A stretch of DNA of 23,040 nucleotides. It comes from Candidatus Wirthbacteria bacterium CG2_30_54_11. GTDB lineage: Bacteria; Patescibacteriota; CG2-30-54-11. The translations under genes and the position numbers were made by a program. The stretch covers positions 1 through 23,040 of the forward strand of contig MNZT01000096.1 of the NCBI GenBank assembly GCA_001873755.1, in the 5' to 3' direction. Positions 1 through 8,523 of the stretch are shown here, piece by piece (the first letter of the stretch is position 1; every line of letters starts with the position of its first letter). A model generated the notes under the pieces. The model did not search any database. It saw only the letters and a list, made by a program, of their open reading frames with translations, and was not told where the DNA came from.

Positions 1-5
1 ACTTA

Positions 6-124
6 AGCCTCCATTAAGATAGTAACCGGCCCACTCTTCTTTGTCATATCGGTTAACGAGGCTCTACATTTCCAAGGGTAATTCCTGGAACAAGTCCGTA
101 CCTGTTATCGAAGATAGAGTGGGC
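6..124. other. Intergenic region with several perfect inverted repeats (possible structured RNA or upstream terminator/regulatory region)
   Basis: AGCCTC (6-11)/GAGGCT (58-63); TAACCG (23-28)/CGGTTA (50-55); GCCCACTC (29-36)/GAGTGGGC (117-124); TTCCA (70-74)/TGGAA (86-90). No ORF in the supplied track covers this region. Confidence 0.3.
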
Positions 125-213
125 TAACTAGGAGAAGAAGAGATATTTGCATTCCCGGAAGGTCACTAAAAGTGCCTTTGACAAACTTCGCTTCTTCTCC
201 TTCTCCTAGCTTA
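125..213. repeat. Inverted repeat CTAGGAGAAG...CTTCTCCTAG upstream of the oxidoreductase alpha gene
   Basis: Perfect 10-bp arms at 128-137 and 200-209, extended by TAA (125-127)/TTA (211-213) across a 1-nt bulge. Confidence 0.5.
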
Positions 214-291
214 TCACTTCCAGCCCGTTTCCTTTATATGACATTTCTTCTGGTTACCCAGCAAATCAGTCACTATTAGTCGGAGCGACAT

Positions 292-1350
292 ATGGCCAAG
301 GTTTTGATGAAAGGCAATGAAGCGCTGGCCGAGGCTGCCATCCGGGCCGGGGTGGATGGCTTTTTTGCCTATCCGATCACTCCGCAGAATGAGATCGGGG
401 AATATATGTCATCCCATCTGACCCGCGCCGGCGGGGTTTTTGTCCAGGCGGAGAGCGAGATCGGGGCGATCAACATGGTCTACGGTGCGGCTTCGACCGG
501 CCGGAGGGCCATGACCTCATCTTCCAGTCCCGGCATCAGTCTGAAACAGGAAGGCATCTCCACTCTGTGCACGGCAGAGCTGCCCTGTGTCATCGTCAAT
601 ATGACGCGTGGCGGACCCGGCATCGGGAATATCGCTCCGGCCCAGTCTGACTATTTCCAGTCGACCAAGGGCGGTGGCCACGGCGATTACCATACTATTG
701 TTCTGGCACCATCGACTTTGCAGGAAATGGTCGATCAGGTGTACCTGGCCTTTGATCTGTCCGAGAAGTGGCGCAATCCCGTGCTCCTGCTGGGGGACGG
801 CGTCATGGGGCAGATGATGGAGCCGGTTGATTTCCGGGACCGGGAGAGACCGGAACGGCGGTCGGAGTTTGCTCCCTGGGCGCTGCGGGGGACCGAAGGC
901 GGGAGGAAACCGCGCCTGGTCAAATCTCTGTATCTGGTCGGTGACACGCTCTACGACTACAACATGAAGCAAAAAGAAAAATGGGATCGGATCATAGTCG
1001 AAGAATGCCGGCTGGAAGCCGTCGAGGTCGAGGACGCAGACTACGTGATCGCAGCATTTGGTTCGGTCGGGCGCATCGCCCGCAGTGCGCTCAAACTCGC
1101 GAGAGCGCAGGGTATCAAACTTGGCCTGGTGCGTCCCATCAGCCTCTGGCCGTTCCCCTATGAAGGGGTCAGGGCAGCGACTGCCCAGGCCAAAGGGATC
1201 CTCACCGTGGAGATGAATCTGGGCCAGATGGTGGAGGATATCCGTCTCTCGGTCGAGGGTTCTGTCCCGGTCAAGTTTTTCGGCAGTCCGGGCGGGCGCG
1301 TCCCCACCCCGGAAGAAATCGTCGCAGAGCTGAGAAAATCATTTATCTGA
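292..1350 (+). CDS. vorB: 2-oxoacid:ferredoxin oxidoreductase alpha subunit, VorB-like (3-methyl-2-oxobutanoate dehydrogenase subunit)
   Basis: MAKVLMKGNEALAEAAIRAG...FFAYPITPQNEIGEYMS; AINMVYGAASTGRRAMTSSSSPGISLKQEG; GGPGIGNIAPAQSDYFQSTKGGGHGDY, typical of VorB/KorA-like alpha subunits. Confidence 0.9.
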   Translation: MAKVLMKGNEALAEAAIRAGVDGFFAYPITPQNEIGEYMSSHLTRAGGVFVQAESEIGAINMVYGAASTGRRAMTSSSSPGISLKQEGISTLCTAELPCVIVNMTRGGPGIGNIAPAQSDYFQSTKGGGHGDYHTIVLAPSTLQEMVDQVYLAFDLSEKWRNPVLLLGDGVMGQMMEPVDFRDRERPERRSEFAPWALRGTEGGRKPRLVKSLYLVGDTLYDYNMKQKEKWDRIIVEECRLEAVEVEDADYVIAAFGSVGRIARSALKLARAQGIKLGLVRPISLWPFPYEGVRAATAQAKGILTVEMNLGQMVEDIRLSVEGSVPVKFFGSPGGRVPTPEEIVAELRKSFI

Positions 1351-1358
1351 GATATTCC

Positions 1359-1988
1359 ATGTTTCGATCGATTCCAAAGTCGAACTGGTTCCTCCTGGTC
1401 ATCCTGGCTTTGAGCGGCAATGCCATGAGCATAGTTAATCGCCTGGATATCCCCGGAGAGATCCATCGGCTGGAAACAAGCCTGGATCGGGCCATACCGC
1501 TGGTATTGCCATTCATGATCCCATACCTCCTGTATTTTTTCTTCGTATTCGGCACAATAGGTTATATCTTTTTTCGTCATCCCGGAGTTTTTCCTGTATT
1601 CGCCTGGTCTATGATCGTGATTGGTCTGGCGACGGCGGTAATCAATGTGACTTACCAGTCCTACGCGCCGAGAGCGTTGGTGGAGGGGAGCGATATTTTT
1701 TCCATACTCCTTCGATGGCACTACGGCTTAAATCGACCCCTGACCGCGTTCCCGAGCCTGCATGTCTCCGACTCGGTCTGCGTCTCTTATTACCTGGGCC
1801 GCGTCCGAGTGCAGCAGGTCTGGCTGTGGCTGACCTGCGCCTTCCTGATCAGTATTTCGACCCTGCTCGTCAAGGAACACTATATCGCTGATGTCATCGG
1901 CGGTTTGGTATTGGGAGTAGTAGTATCTACGCTTCTGCCCAGGCTGCTGTCCGGGCGGCAGCGCGTCCGGATCGGCAGTATCCAGTAA
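1359..1988 (+). CDS. PAP2-family membrane protein (phosphatase or inositolphosphotransferase-like)
   Basis: Multiple hydrophobic helices; FPSLHVSDS and [12 protein letters not shown] match PAP2 signature motifs 2 and 3. Confidence 0.8.
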   Translation: MFRSIPKSNWFLLVILALSGNAMSIVNRLDIPGEIHRLETSLDRAIPLVLPFMIPYLLYFFFVFGTIGYIFFRHPGVFPVFAWSMIVIGLATAVINVTYQSYAPRALVEGSDIFSILLRWHYGLNRPLTAFPSLHVSDSVCVSYYLGRVRVQQVWLWLTCAFLISISTLLVKEHYIADVIGGLVLGVVVSTLLPRLLSGRQRVRIGSIQ

Positions 1989-2008
1989 TTGTAACATCAG
2001 GGGGCGCC

Positions 2009-2746
2009 ATGACCATACGAGCCAAGAGATCAGAGGTACTGTCCGCGGGGATTACCCATTACTGCCCGGGGTGCGGGCATGGCATCATCCACCGACTGGT
2101 GGCCGAGTCAATCGAAGAGCTTGGGATCCGTGACCGGACCATCGGGGTGGCCCCGGTCGGTTGTTCCATCCTGTGCTACAACTACCTCTTGGTTGATTTT
2201 GTTGAGGCGTTGCATGGGCGCGCACCAGCCGTGGCGACCGGAGTGAAGCGCATGGAGCCGGAAAAGGTGGTATTCACCTATCAGGGGGACGGCGACCTCA
2301 TCTCCATCGGGTCCAATGAGATCCTCCATGCGGCCAACCGGGGAGAGGATATCACGGTCATCTTCGTGAACAATGCGATTTACGGCATGACCGGAGGGCA
2401 GATGGCGCCGACCTCTATCCCTGGTCAGGTGACCACCACTTCGCCACTTGGACGCGGGAAGAATCATGAGGGCTCACCGATCCGGGTGGTTGAACTCCTG
2501 AACGCCCTGGATGCGCCGGCCTACCTCACCCGGGTCGCAGTGAATTCGCCGAAGCATGTGCTACAGGCCAAGAAGGCGATCAAGACTTCCTTTCAAGCGC
2601 AGCTGGACGGCAAAGGTTTTTCCCTGGTCGAGGTGGTGTCGAACTGCCCCACGAACTGGAAGAAGACACCCCTGGATGCCAATCAGTGGATCGAAGATGA
2701 GATGCTCAAGTATTTTCCCCTGGGCGAAGTACGTAATCGTTTGTAA
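2009..2746 (+). CDS. 2-oxoacid:ferredoxin oxidoreductase beta subunit (TPP-binding)
   Basis: [47 protein letters not shown]...[27 protein letters not shown]. Confidence 0.93.
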   Translation: MTIRAKRSEVLSAGITHYCPGCGHGIIHRLVAESIEELGIRDRTIGVAPVGCSILCYNYLLVDFVEALHGRAPAVATGVKRMEPEKVVFTYQGDGDLISIGSNEILHAANRGEDITVIFVNNAIYGMTGGQMAPTSIPGQVTTTSPLGRGKNHEGSPIRVVELLNALDAPAYLTRVAVNSPKHVLQAKKAIKTSFQAQLDGKGFSLVEVVSNCPTNWKKTPLDANQWIEDEMLKYFPLGEVRNRL

Positions 2747-2763
2747 CGTCAAAAGGACAGCAT

Positions 2764-3306
2764 ATGAACACAATGTCTTTCCGTTTTGCGGGGTTTGGCG
2801 GGCAGGGTGTGCTGCTCATGGGCATGATGCTGACCTATGCCGGGATGGAAGAGGGCAAGCATGTTACCTGGCTCCCGTCCTATGGGGCCGAGATGCGTGG
2901 CGGTACGGCTAATTGCACGGTGGTGGTTTCGGATGATGAGGTCGCTTCCCCGGTCGCCGAATCCCCAGATGTCGTGGTCGTCATGAATGAGCCTTCGCTG
3001 GAGAAATTCGAACCGTTGGTCAGGCCGGGAGGATGGCTGTTCATCAATTCCTCGCTGGTCAAAAAGGCTGTGAAGAGGACCGATGTGCAAGTGGTTTCAA
3101 TCGATGCGACGAATATCGCCTATGAGTTGAAAAATGCCAGGACCGCCAATATGGTCATGCTGGGGGCCGTGGTCGGCAGGACCGGAACAGTCCAACTTTC
3201 TGTGGTCGAATCGTCGCTCCTCCCTGTTCTGGGTACGAGCAAGAAAGCGCTGGTAGAGATCAATATACAAGCCTTGCGTCGCGGTAGAGAGATAGCGAAA
3301 GGGTAG
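2764..3306 (+). CDS. 2-oxoacid:ferredoxin oxidoreductase gamma subunit
   Basis: FRFAGFGGQGVLLMGMMLTYAGMEEGKHVTWLPSYGAEMRGGTANCTVVVSDDEVASP. Confidence 0.93.
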   Translation: MNTMSFRFAGFGGQGVLLMGMMLTYAGMEEGKHVTWLPSYGAEMRGGTANCTVVVSDDEVASPVAESPDVVVVMNEPSLEKFEPLVRPGGWLFINSSLVKKAVKRTDVQVVSIDATNIAYELKNARTANMVMLGAVVGRTGTVQLSVVESSLLPVLGTSKKALVEINIQALRRGREIAKG

Positions 3307-3307
3307 C

Positions 3308-4168
3308 ATGTTTTTCCTAAGTGTTCTGGCAGGTCTCGGGGTCGCGCTGGGATGGGGAATCGCAGATTTCGCACAGAAGAAACTGGTCATGGAGAACGGG
3401 GCCTATAGCATGATCCTGCCTCTTCAGGTAGCAACGACGGCCCTGGTCGGTGGTGTATGGGTATTGTTCCGCTTTCCTGTGCAGGTTTCGTTTACCGCAT
3501 TTTGCTGGATGCTGGCGGGCACCTGCCTGCTTACTGCTGCCTGGTTCCTATTCTTTCGGGCGCTTTCGATAGGGAATGTATCGGTCCTCTGCGCGTTGTA
3601 TGCATTTTATACGGTCATCCCTTTTTTTTGGCAGACAGTGGTGGAAAAAATCCAGTTAAATATTGTACAGTTTATAGGAATGGGTGTTGTGTTAATTGCT
3701 GGAATACTGATTTCTGTGGACTCCCGGAGTCTGAAGCAGGGGTTCAAAGCATCTCTTTCCAAAGGGGTAAAAGAAATTACCGCTGCACTTGTGATGTCGG
3801 GGTTTGGTTTTTTAATGATCGATCATGCAGTTCAGGAGATCGGATGGAAGTCTGGATATATTGTTCAGCAGATGCTTTCACTACTCGAGGTAGTCGTCAT
3901 TCTGCTTCTTCTGGGAAAGTTCAGGGAGTCACGTCTACCGGTGTCCTGGGGCTGGTTTAGTACGGTGGTTTTGGCCAATATAATTGCATTTGGAAGTTTC
4001 AATGCAGGCATGGAGATCGGATATGTGAGTGTGGTGGGGATCGTCGGCACTTTTTCCGTAGCGATCACGGCGCTGCTGGCCTGGCCGCTGCTGAAGGAAC
4101 GACTCGCTTTCAATCAATATCTGGGCATCGCGTTCGGCATCGTCGGCATCATCAGTCTCAGTCTTTGA
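3308..4168 (+). CDS. EamA/DMT-family membrane transporter
   Basis: About ten hydrophobic segments; GWGIADFAQKKLV start and C-terminal ALLAWPLLKERLAFNQYLGIAFGIVGIISLSL, typical of EamA proteins. Confidence 0.75.
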   Translation: MFFLSVLAGLGVALGWGIADFAQKKLVMENGAYSMILPLQVATTALVGGVWVLFRFPVQVSFTAFCWMLAGTCLLTAAWFLFFRALSIGNVSVLCALYAFYTVIPFFWQTVVEKIQLNIVQFIGMGVVLIAGILISVDSRSLKQGFKASLSKGVKEITAALVMSGFGFLMIDHAVQEIGWKSGYIVQQMLSLLEVVVILLLLGKFRESRLPVSWGWFSTVVLANIIAFGSFNAGMEIGYVSVVGIVGTFSVAITALLAWPLLKERLAFNQYLGIAFGIVGIISLSL

Positions 4169-4194
4169 ATAAACTCACCAGTTACCAGTGACTA

Positions 4195-4833
4195 ATGACA
4201 AACATTCCTTCGACTGAACAGTGCTATGGACTCTGGGATACCTATCATGTTCCAGACAATGTACGCGGACATCTCTCGCTTGTGAGGGACGTGGCCTTGC
4301 TTCTTGGGTGTGAACTGCAGAAGTCAGGGCAGACAGTTTTGCTGGAGTTGACCGAAGCAGGAGCTTTACTTCATGATGTGCTCAGATTCGTGGGTACGCA
4401 TCAGATCAATCTGCGATATTTCCAAGCACCCCCGACCAAGGAGGATTTTGAAGAATGGAGACGGCTGGATCAGAAATACCCAGGACTGAATCATGCCTGG
4501 GCAGCCGGAGCAGAGCTGCGTGAACTGGGATACGACGAAGCTCTCAGCCGGGTAGTGGAACGGCATGACTATGCCAAGGTCGTTGACCCGGATGATGGTC
4601 CGACCACCTGGGAAGAAAAACTGGTTTTTTATGCGGACAAGCGGGTCCTGCACCGTGAGCTGGTTTCACTTGAGAAGCGGTTCTCCGACAGTGAGGTCCG
4701 GTATCCGGAATTCGTCAATGTGCCGGGCGAGGAATTGAAAAGGGCAGCGATATATGAGCTGGAACGGGAGATATTTTCATACGTAGCGTTTCCACCGGAG
4801 GATGTGGGGGGTATACTGCATACATCTGGTTAA
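4195..4833 (+). CDS. HD-domain protein (putative metal-dependent phosphohydrolase)
   Basis: RGHLSLVRDVALLL...EAGALLHDVLR...HAWAAGAELRELGYDEALSRVVERHDY fits an HD-domain layout. Confidence 0.75.
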   Translation: MTNIPSTEQCYGLWDTYHVPDNVRGHLSLVRDVALLLGCELQKSGQTVLLELTEAGALLHDVLRFVGTHQINLRYFQAPPTKEDFEEWRRLDQKYPGLNHAWAAGAELRELGYDEALSRVVERHDYAKVVDPDDGPTTWEEKLVFYADKRVLHRELVSLEKRFSDSEVRYPEFVNVPGEELKRAAIYELEREIFSYVAFPPEDVGGILHTSG

Positions 4834-4908
4834 CGGGTTTGCGGGTTAACGGGTTCACGAGTTCTGGGGATCAACCCGTTAACTCGTTAACCCATTAACT
4901 CGTTAACG
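4828..4908. repeat. Long imperfect palindrome built from GTTAAC/GGGTTAACGGGTT-type units
   Basis: Left arm 4828-4863 and right arm 4873-4908 (36 nt each, about 28/36 complementary by hand), loop CTGGGGATC. Five GTTAAC hexamers at 4829, 4845, 4878, 4886 and 4902. It includes the TAA stop of the HD gene. Confidence 0.85.
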
Positions 4909-4922
4909 TATATGAGGTCCTC

Positions 4923-5963
4923 ATGGTCGGTATCATAGGCTACGGCGCATACATCCCGAAGTATCGTATCAAGGCAGAGGAGATCGCGGCGATCTGGGGG
5001 CAGGATCCCAGGCGCATCATCGAAGGCCTTCGCATTCAGGAGAAGTCTGTGCCCGGACTGGACGAAGACAGCGCGACCATGGGTATCGAGGCCAGCCGCA
5101 ATGCACTCGCCGTGGCCGGGATCGATGCTTCGACCATAGGAGCGGTTTACAGCGGTTCCGAGTCCAAGGTCTATGCGGTCAAGCCCAATGCCACCATGAT
5201 CGGAGACGCACTTGGCATCGGCCATAAATATAAGGCGGCAGATGTCGAGTTTGCCTGCAAGGCCGGTACCGCGACCATGCAGATGGTCGTTGCCGAGGTG
5301 GAGAGCGGGATGATCGACTGCGGTTTGGCGGTTGGCATGGATACGGCACAAGGGCGACCGGGCGATGCACTTGAGTACAGCGCGGCGGCTGGCGGGGCAG
5401 CGTTCCTCATCGGCAGCGACGAAAAAAAGATCCTGGCAAAACTTGAGGCTACCTGTTCGTCCTCGTCAGACACTCCTGACTTCTGGCGCCGTCAGAAGGA
5501 GGAATATCCGGTACATCGGGAGCGCTTTTCCGGCAAACCGAGCTACGAGGCGCAGATCGCCCTGTCCGTCGGCATGCTGCTTGAGCGCTTGAAGCTCAAG
5601 CCTGCGGATTTTGACCGGGCGGTGTTCCACACGCCCAACGGGAAATTTCCCCTGGCCATCGGAAAAAAGCTGGGTTTTACCATGAAACAGATGGAGGCCG
5701 GCTACATCGTCCCGGTGGTGGGCAATACCTATTCCGGCGCTTCGCTTCTGGGACTGGCGGCGACGCTGGATGCTGCCGGTTCTGGTGAACGCATTCTGGT
5801 CGCTTCGTATGGCTCGGGCGCCGGTAGTGATGCTTTCAGCTTTGTGACCACTCCCCAGCTGAAAAAGCGCCGGGACCGGGCGCCTCAGGTCCGAAACTAT
5901 ATCGATCACAAACAGTATCTGTCCTACGGCCAATATATCAGACACACAGGACATCTGGGATGA
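4923..5963 (+). CDS. Archaeal-type hydroxymethylglutaryl-CoA synthase
   Basis: IIGYGAYIPKYRIKAEEIA; YSGSESKVYAVKPNATMIGDALG; EFACKAGTATMQM (catalytic Cys motif); VFHTPNGKFP; VASYGSGAGSDAF. Confidence 0.92.
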   Translation: MVGIIGYGAYIPKYRIKAEEIAAIWGQDPRRIIEGLRIQEKSVPGLDEDSATMGIEASRNALAVAGIDASTIGAVYSGSESKVYAVKPNATMIGDALGIGHKYKAADVEFACKAGTATMQMVVAEVESGMIDCGLAVGMDTAQGRPGDALEYSAAAGGAAFLIGSDEKKILAKLEATCSSSSDTPDFWRRQKEEYPVHRERFSGKPSYEAQIALSVGMLLERLKLKPADFDRAVFHTPNGKFPLAIGKKLGFTMKQMEAGYIVPVVGNTYSGASLLGLAATLDAAGSGERILVASYGSGAGSDAFSFVTTPQLKKRRDRAPQVRNYIDHKQYLSYGQYIRHTGHLG

Positions 5964-6877
5964 CCACCCGCACCCTGCCGAAACATTTCCAGCTCCTCCC
6001 GAACGAGCAGCTGGTGGAAATTGTCCACCCCCACTGGTTCGCTTTTTATCGCACCTATGCCGTCTGGGCTTTGATCATAGCTGCGGGCGTAGTGCTGTTT
6101 TCGTGCCGAGAGGTGGTGGCATCAGTATTTCCATCTTCCCATCTCGATCTCCCGTTCAGTATTATCAACGGCCTCCTTTCGACCAACGGGTCTCTTCAGA
6201 TCAGCTACGATCTGCTGTCCAGATCGGCTCTCGACGGCCTGATCCTGGTGACCGCCTGGTGGTATGTACTGATCTTGATGGGAGCGTTCGTGGCTCTGGC
6301 CAAGGTAAACGGAGGATGGATGCTCGTTTTCCTCGCGATCGGCAGTCTGAGCACTGCCGCCGGGGTGCTCACCGGCTTCCCGACCTGGACTCCACTGTTC
6401 GGAGCAGCGCTGTGTTTCGCAGGTATGGTGATGACTGACCGGTACCGCCGGTCTCACTATTTCATCATCACCGATCTCAGGCTCATTCTGTATGTAGATT
6501 TTTTCCACCTGCAGGAACGAGACCTTCTCCTGAGCAGACTGAGCGATCTCGCTATCGACCAGACGCTGGTCGGACGGCTGTTTGATTTCGGGACCTTGAT
6601 CCCGATTTCCCTTTCTGGTTTCGGCATGGGAGCAGATATGTCCATGGTGGGCGTGGGAGCGCAGGCAGGTCCGCTGTCTGTGACGGGAGCTCTGGGGACC
6701 AGTGTCGGAGTCCCTCGTGCGAGAAGCCCTCATGTATTGTTCGGGGTGCCTGATCCACATGCCGTTCATGCCATACTGGAAAAGCTGATTTATACCAATT
6801 CCGAGGTCAAGCATCTACAGACCATCACCGACGAGTTGAAGAATATGAAATTTCTAACGACAAATGAATCCAAATAG
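5960..6877 (+). CDS. Bacterial PH-domain membrane protein
   Basis: N-terminal LLPNEQLVEIVHPHWFAFY, hydrophobic segments, then DRYRRSHYFIITDLRLILYVDFFHLQERDLLLSRLSDLAIDQTLVGRLFDFGTL, typical of bPH/YdbT-like domains. Overlaps the HMGS stop (ATGA). Confidence 0.75.
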   Translation: MTTRTLPKHFQLLPNEQLVEIVHPHWFAFYRTYAVWALIIAAGVVLFSCREVVASVFPSSHLDLPFSIINGLLSTNGSLQISYDLLSRSALDGLILVTAWWYVLILMGAFVALAKVNGGWMLVFLAIGSLSTAAGVLTGFPTWTPLFGAALCFAGMVMTDRYRRSHYFIITDLRLILYVDFFHLQERDLLLSRLSDLAIDQTLVGRLFDFGTLIPISLSGFGMGADMSMVGVGAQAGPLSVTGALGTSVGVPRARSPHVLFGVPDPHAVHAILEKLIYTNSEVKHLQTITDELKNMKFLTTNESK

Positions 6878-6906
6878 CTGTTTTTTCACCAACAGGGAGT
6901 GATACC

Positions 6907-8058
6907 ATGGATGTCAGAGTAGCCGCCACCGGCGGAGTCAGATATGGAGAGCTGTGGACCCTGGGTATCGGGGATCTCATGCGCGCAGCCGCAGCAGATG
7001 TCCTGAAGAATTTTGATGGGGATATGAAGGATATCGATACGCTCGTCCTTTCGAACTGCTTTGCCGGGAGGGCTCTGGGTATCCACACCCTGATTCCCCT
7101 GGCGTACGATGAGCTTGGTTTCCGCGGGCGGATCTTTGAGGTGACCGGCTCGGATGCCACGGGCGGATTTGCCGTGCAGCGGGCAGCCATACTGATCGAG
7201 AGTGGAGTCGCGCAGCGGGTCCTGGTACTGGGGGTCGAAAAGATCGGCGATCTGCTCGCCTCTCAGGTGCAGTCGGCGCTTTCTTCCCTCCTGGGCTCGG
7301 AGCAAGTGTTCCAGGGGCAGACCCTCGCTTCTGACTATGCGCTCATGGCTCGGCAGTACATGGAAACGTACGGGGTGACACTTCGGGACCTCGCACTCAT
7401 CAGTGTGAAAAATCATGCGAACGCCTCACTCAATCCCATGGCCCAGTTTCCTTTTCCTTTGACCGTGGAGCAGGCGGCAGAAAGCCAGGAGATCGCAAGT
7501 CCGCTGAGGGCTCTGGATGCTGCCTCGATCTGTGATGGAGCTTCAGCCCTGATCCTCGAAAAGCCGGGGAAGAATTCCTCGCCGGTCAGCATCGTCGGAC
7601 TGGGCGAAGGGCGCGACCTCCCGGGGCTTCATGACCGGAAAGATCTCACCTCTCTGGCCGCGACCCGGGAAGCGGCACAAATGGCGTACGAGGCCGCAGG
7701 GGTGAGTCCACAGGAGATCGATGTCGCGGAAGTACATGATGTCTATTCCATAGCCGAGCTGATGGCTATCGAGGATCTTGGTTTTGCCAGACCCGGTCAG
7801 GCCAAAACCTGGGTGCGCAAAGGCAGGACGGCCCTCGGGGGCGATCTGCCGGTCAACCCTTCGGGCGGATTGAAAGCGTGCGGTCATGCACCCGGTGCCA
7901 CTGGCGTCAGGCAGGCGGCAGAGATAGCTGTCCAACTAAGCGCTTCAGCCGGCAAGCGGCAGGTGGCAGACGCTTCTGTCGGTCTCAGTCACTCAGTCGG
8001 TGGCAATGGCAGTCAGTGTGCGGTCACCATATTTCGTACTATAGCCATACGAGGATAA
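6907..8058 (+). CDS. Thiolase-family protein (archaeal/SCP-x type) with altered nucleophile motif
   Basis: VLVLGVEKIGDL; EVHDVYSIAELMAIEDLGF; LPVNPSGGLKACGHAPGATGVRQAAEIAVQL; C-terminal SHSVGGNGSQCAVTIF. The usual ACASGG motif reads SDATGG. Confidence 0.88.
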   Translation: MDVRVAATGGVRYGELWTLGIGDLMRAAAADVLKNFDGDMKDIDTLVLSNCFAGRALGIHTLIPLAYDELGFRGRIFEVTGSDATGGFAVQRAAILIESGVAQRVLVLGVEKIGDLLASQVQSALSSLLGSEQVFQGQTLASDYALMARQYMETYGVTLRDLALISVKNHANASLNPMAQFPFPLTVEQAAESQEIASPLRALDAASICDGASALILEKPGKNSSPVSIVGLGEGRDLPGLHDRKDLTSLAATREAAQMAYEAAGVSPQEIDVAEVHDVYSIAELMAIEDLGFARPGQAKTWVRKGRTALGGDLPVNPSGGLKACGHAPGATGVRQAAEIAVQLSASAGKRQVADASVGLSHSVGGNGSQCAVTIFRTIAIRG

Positions 8059-8060
8059 CC

Positions 8061-8519
8061 ATGAGAGATAATGTCCCTGATTCCTGGCGTCGTCAGAGCG
8101 ATCATGTGATCCCGGTCTCGAGTCACTGCCGCCACTGCCGGGAGACGTTCATCCACGAACGGCATGCCTGTCCCCGTTGCGGGCGGGGCACTATGACGGT
8201 CAAGCCTGCGAGTACGGCGGGGGTCGTCGAATCCTGGACCGAGATTTTTGATCCGCCGGAGGAATTTCACCGGATGCGGCCGTATATCATAGGACTCATC
8301 CGGCTTGATGACGGGGCCCGGCTTTCAGCTCCGATCGTTGACGTCGAGAGCGGGATGCTCGTGAAGGGCATGAGAGTGGAAGCCGTGGTGAGAAAAGTGT
8401 ATGTGCAGGGACAGGATGGTCTGATAGAATATGGGACAAAATATCGGCCTTCCATGAAAGTTATCAAAGAATCAAAGCCGCCCTCTGGGGCGAGCCTCGC
8501 TAAAAGCGGGAAGCAATAA
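8061..8519 (+). CDS. DUF35-type Zn-ribbon/OB-fold acyl-CoA-associated protein
   Basis: CRHC...CPRCG zinc ribbon followed by GVVESWTEI...PYIIGLIRLDDGARLSAPIVDV..GMLVKGMRVEAVVRKV. The provided ORF opens at 7878, but ATG 8061 just after the thiolase stop is the better start. Confidence 0.9.
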   Translation: MRDNVPDSWRRQSDHVIPVSSHCRHCRETFIHERHACPRCGRGTMTVKPASTAGVVESWTEIFDPPEEFHRMRPYIIGLIRLDDGARLSAPIVDVESGMLVKGMRVEAVVRKVYVQGQDGLIEYGTKYRPSMKVIKESKPPSGASLAKSGKQ

Positions 8520-8523
8520 ATCA

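Noticed and set aside
178-206. TTGACA at 178-183 as a sigma-70 promoter for the oxidoreductase operon
   Set aside because: No convincing TATAAT-like -10 box at 16-18 nt spacing; the match to -35 alone is not sufficient.
6122-6814. 230-aa minus-strand ORF opposite the PH-domain protein
   Set aside because: Antisense to a coherent membrane/PH protein; composition (Gln/Arg/His-rich) and lack of motifs indicate an artefact.
7878-8060. N-terminal extension of the DUF35 ORF into the thiolase gene
   Set aside because: The extension is an out-of-frame reading of the thiolase C-terminus; ATG 8061 directly after the thiolase stop gives the expected protein size.
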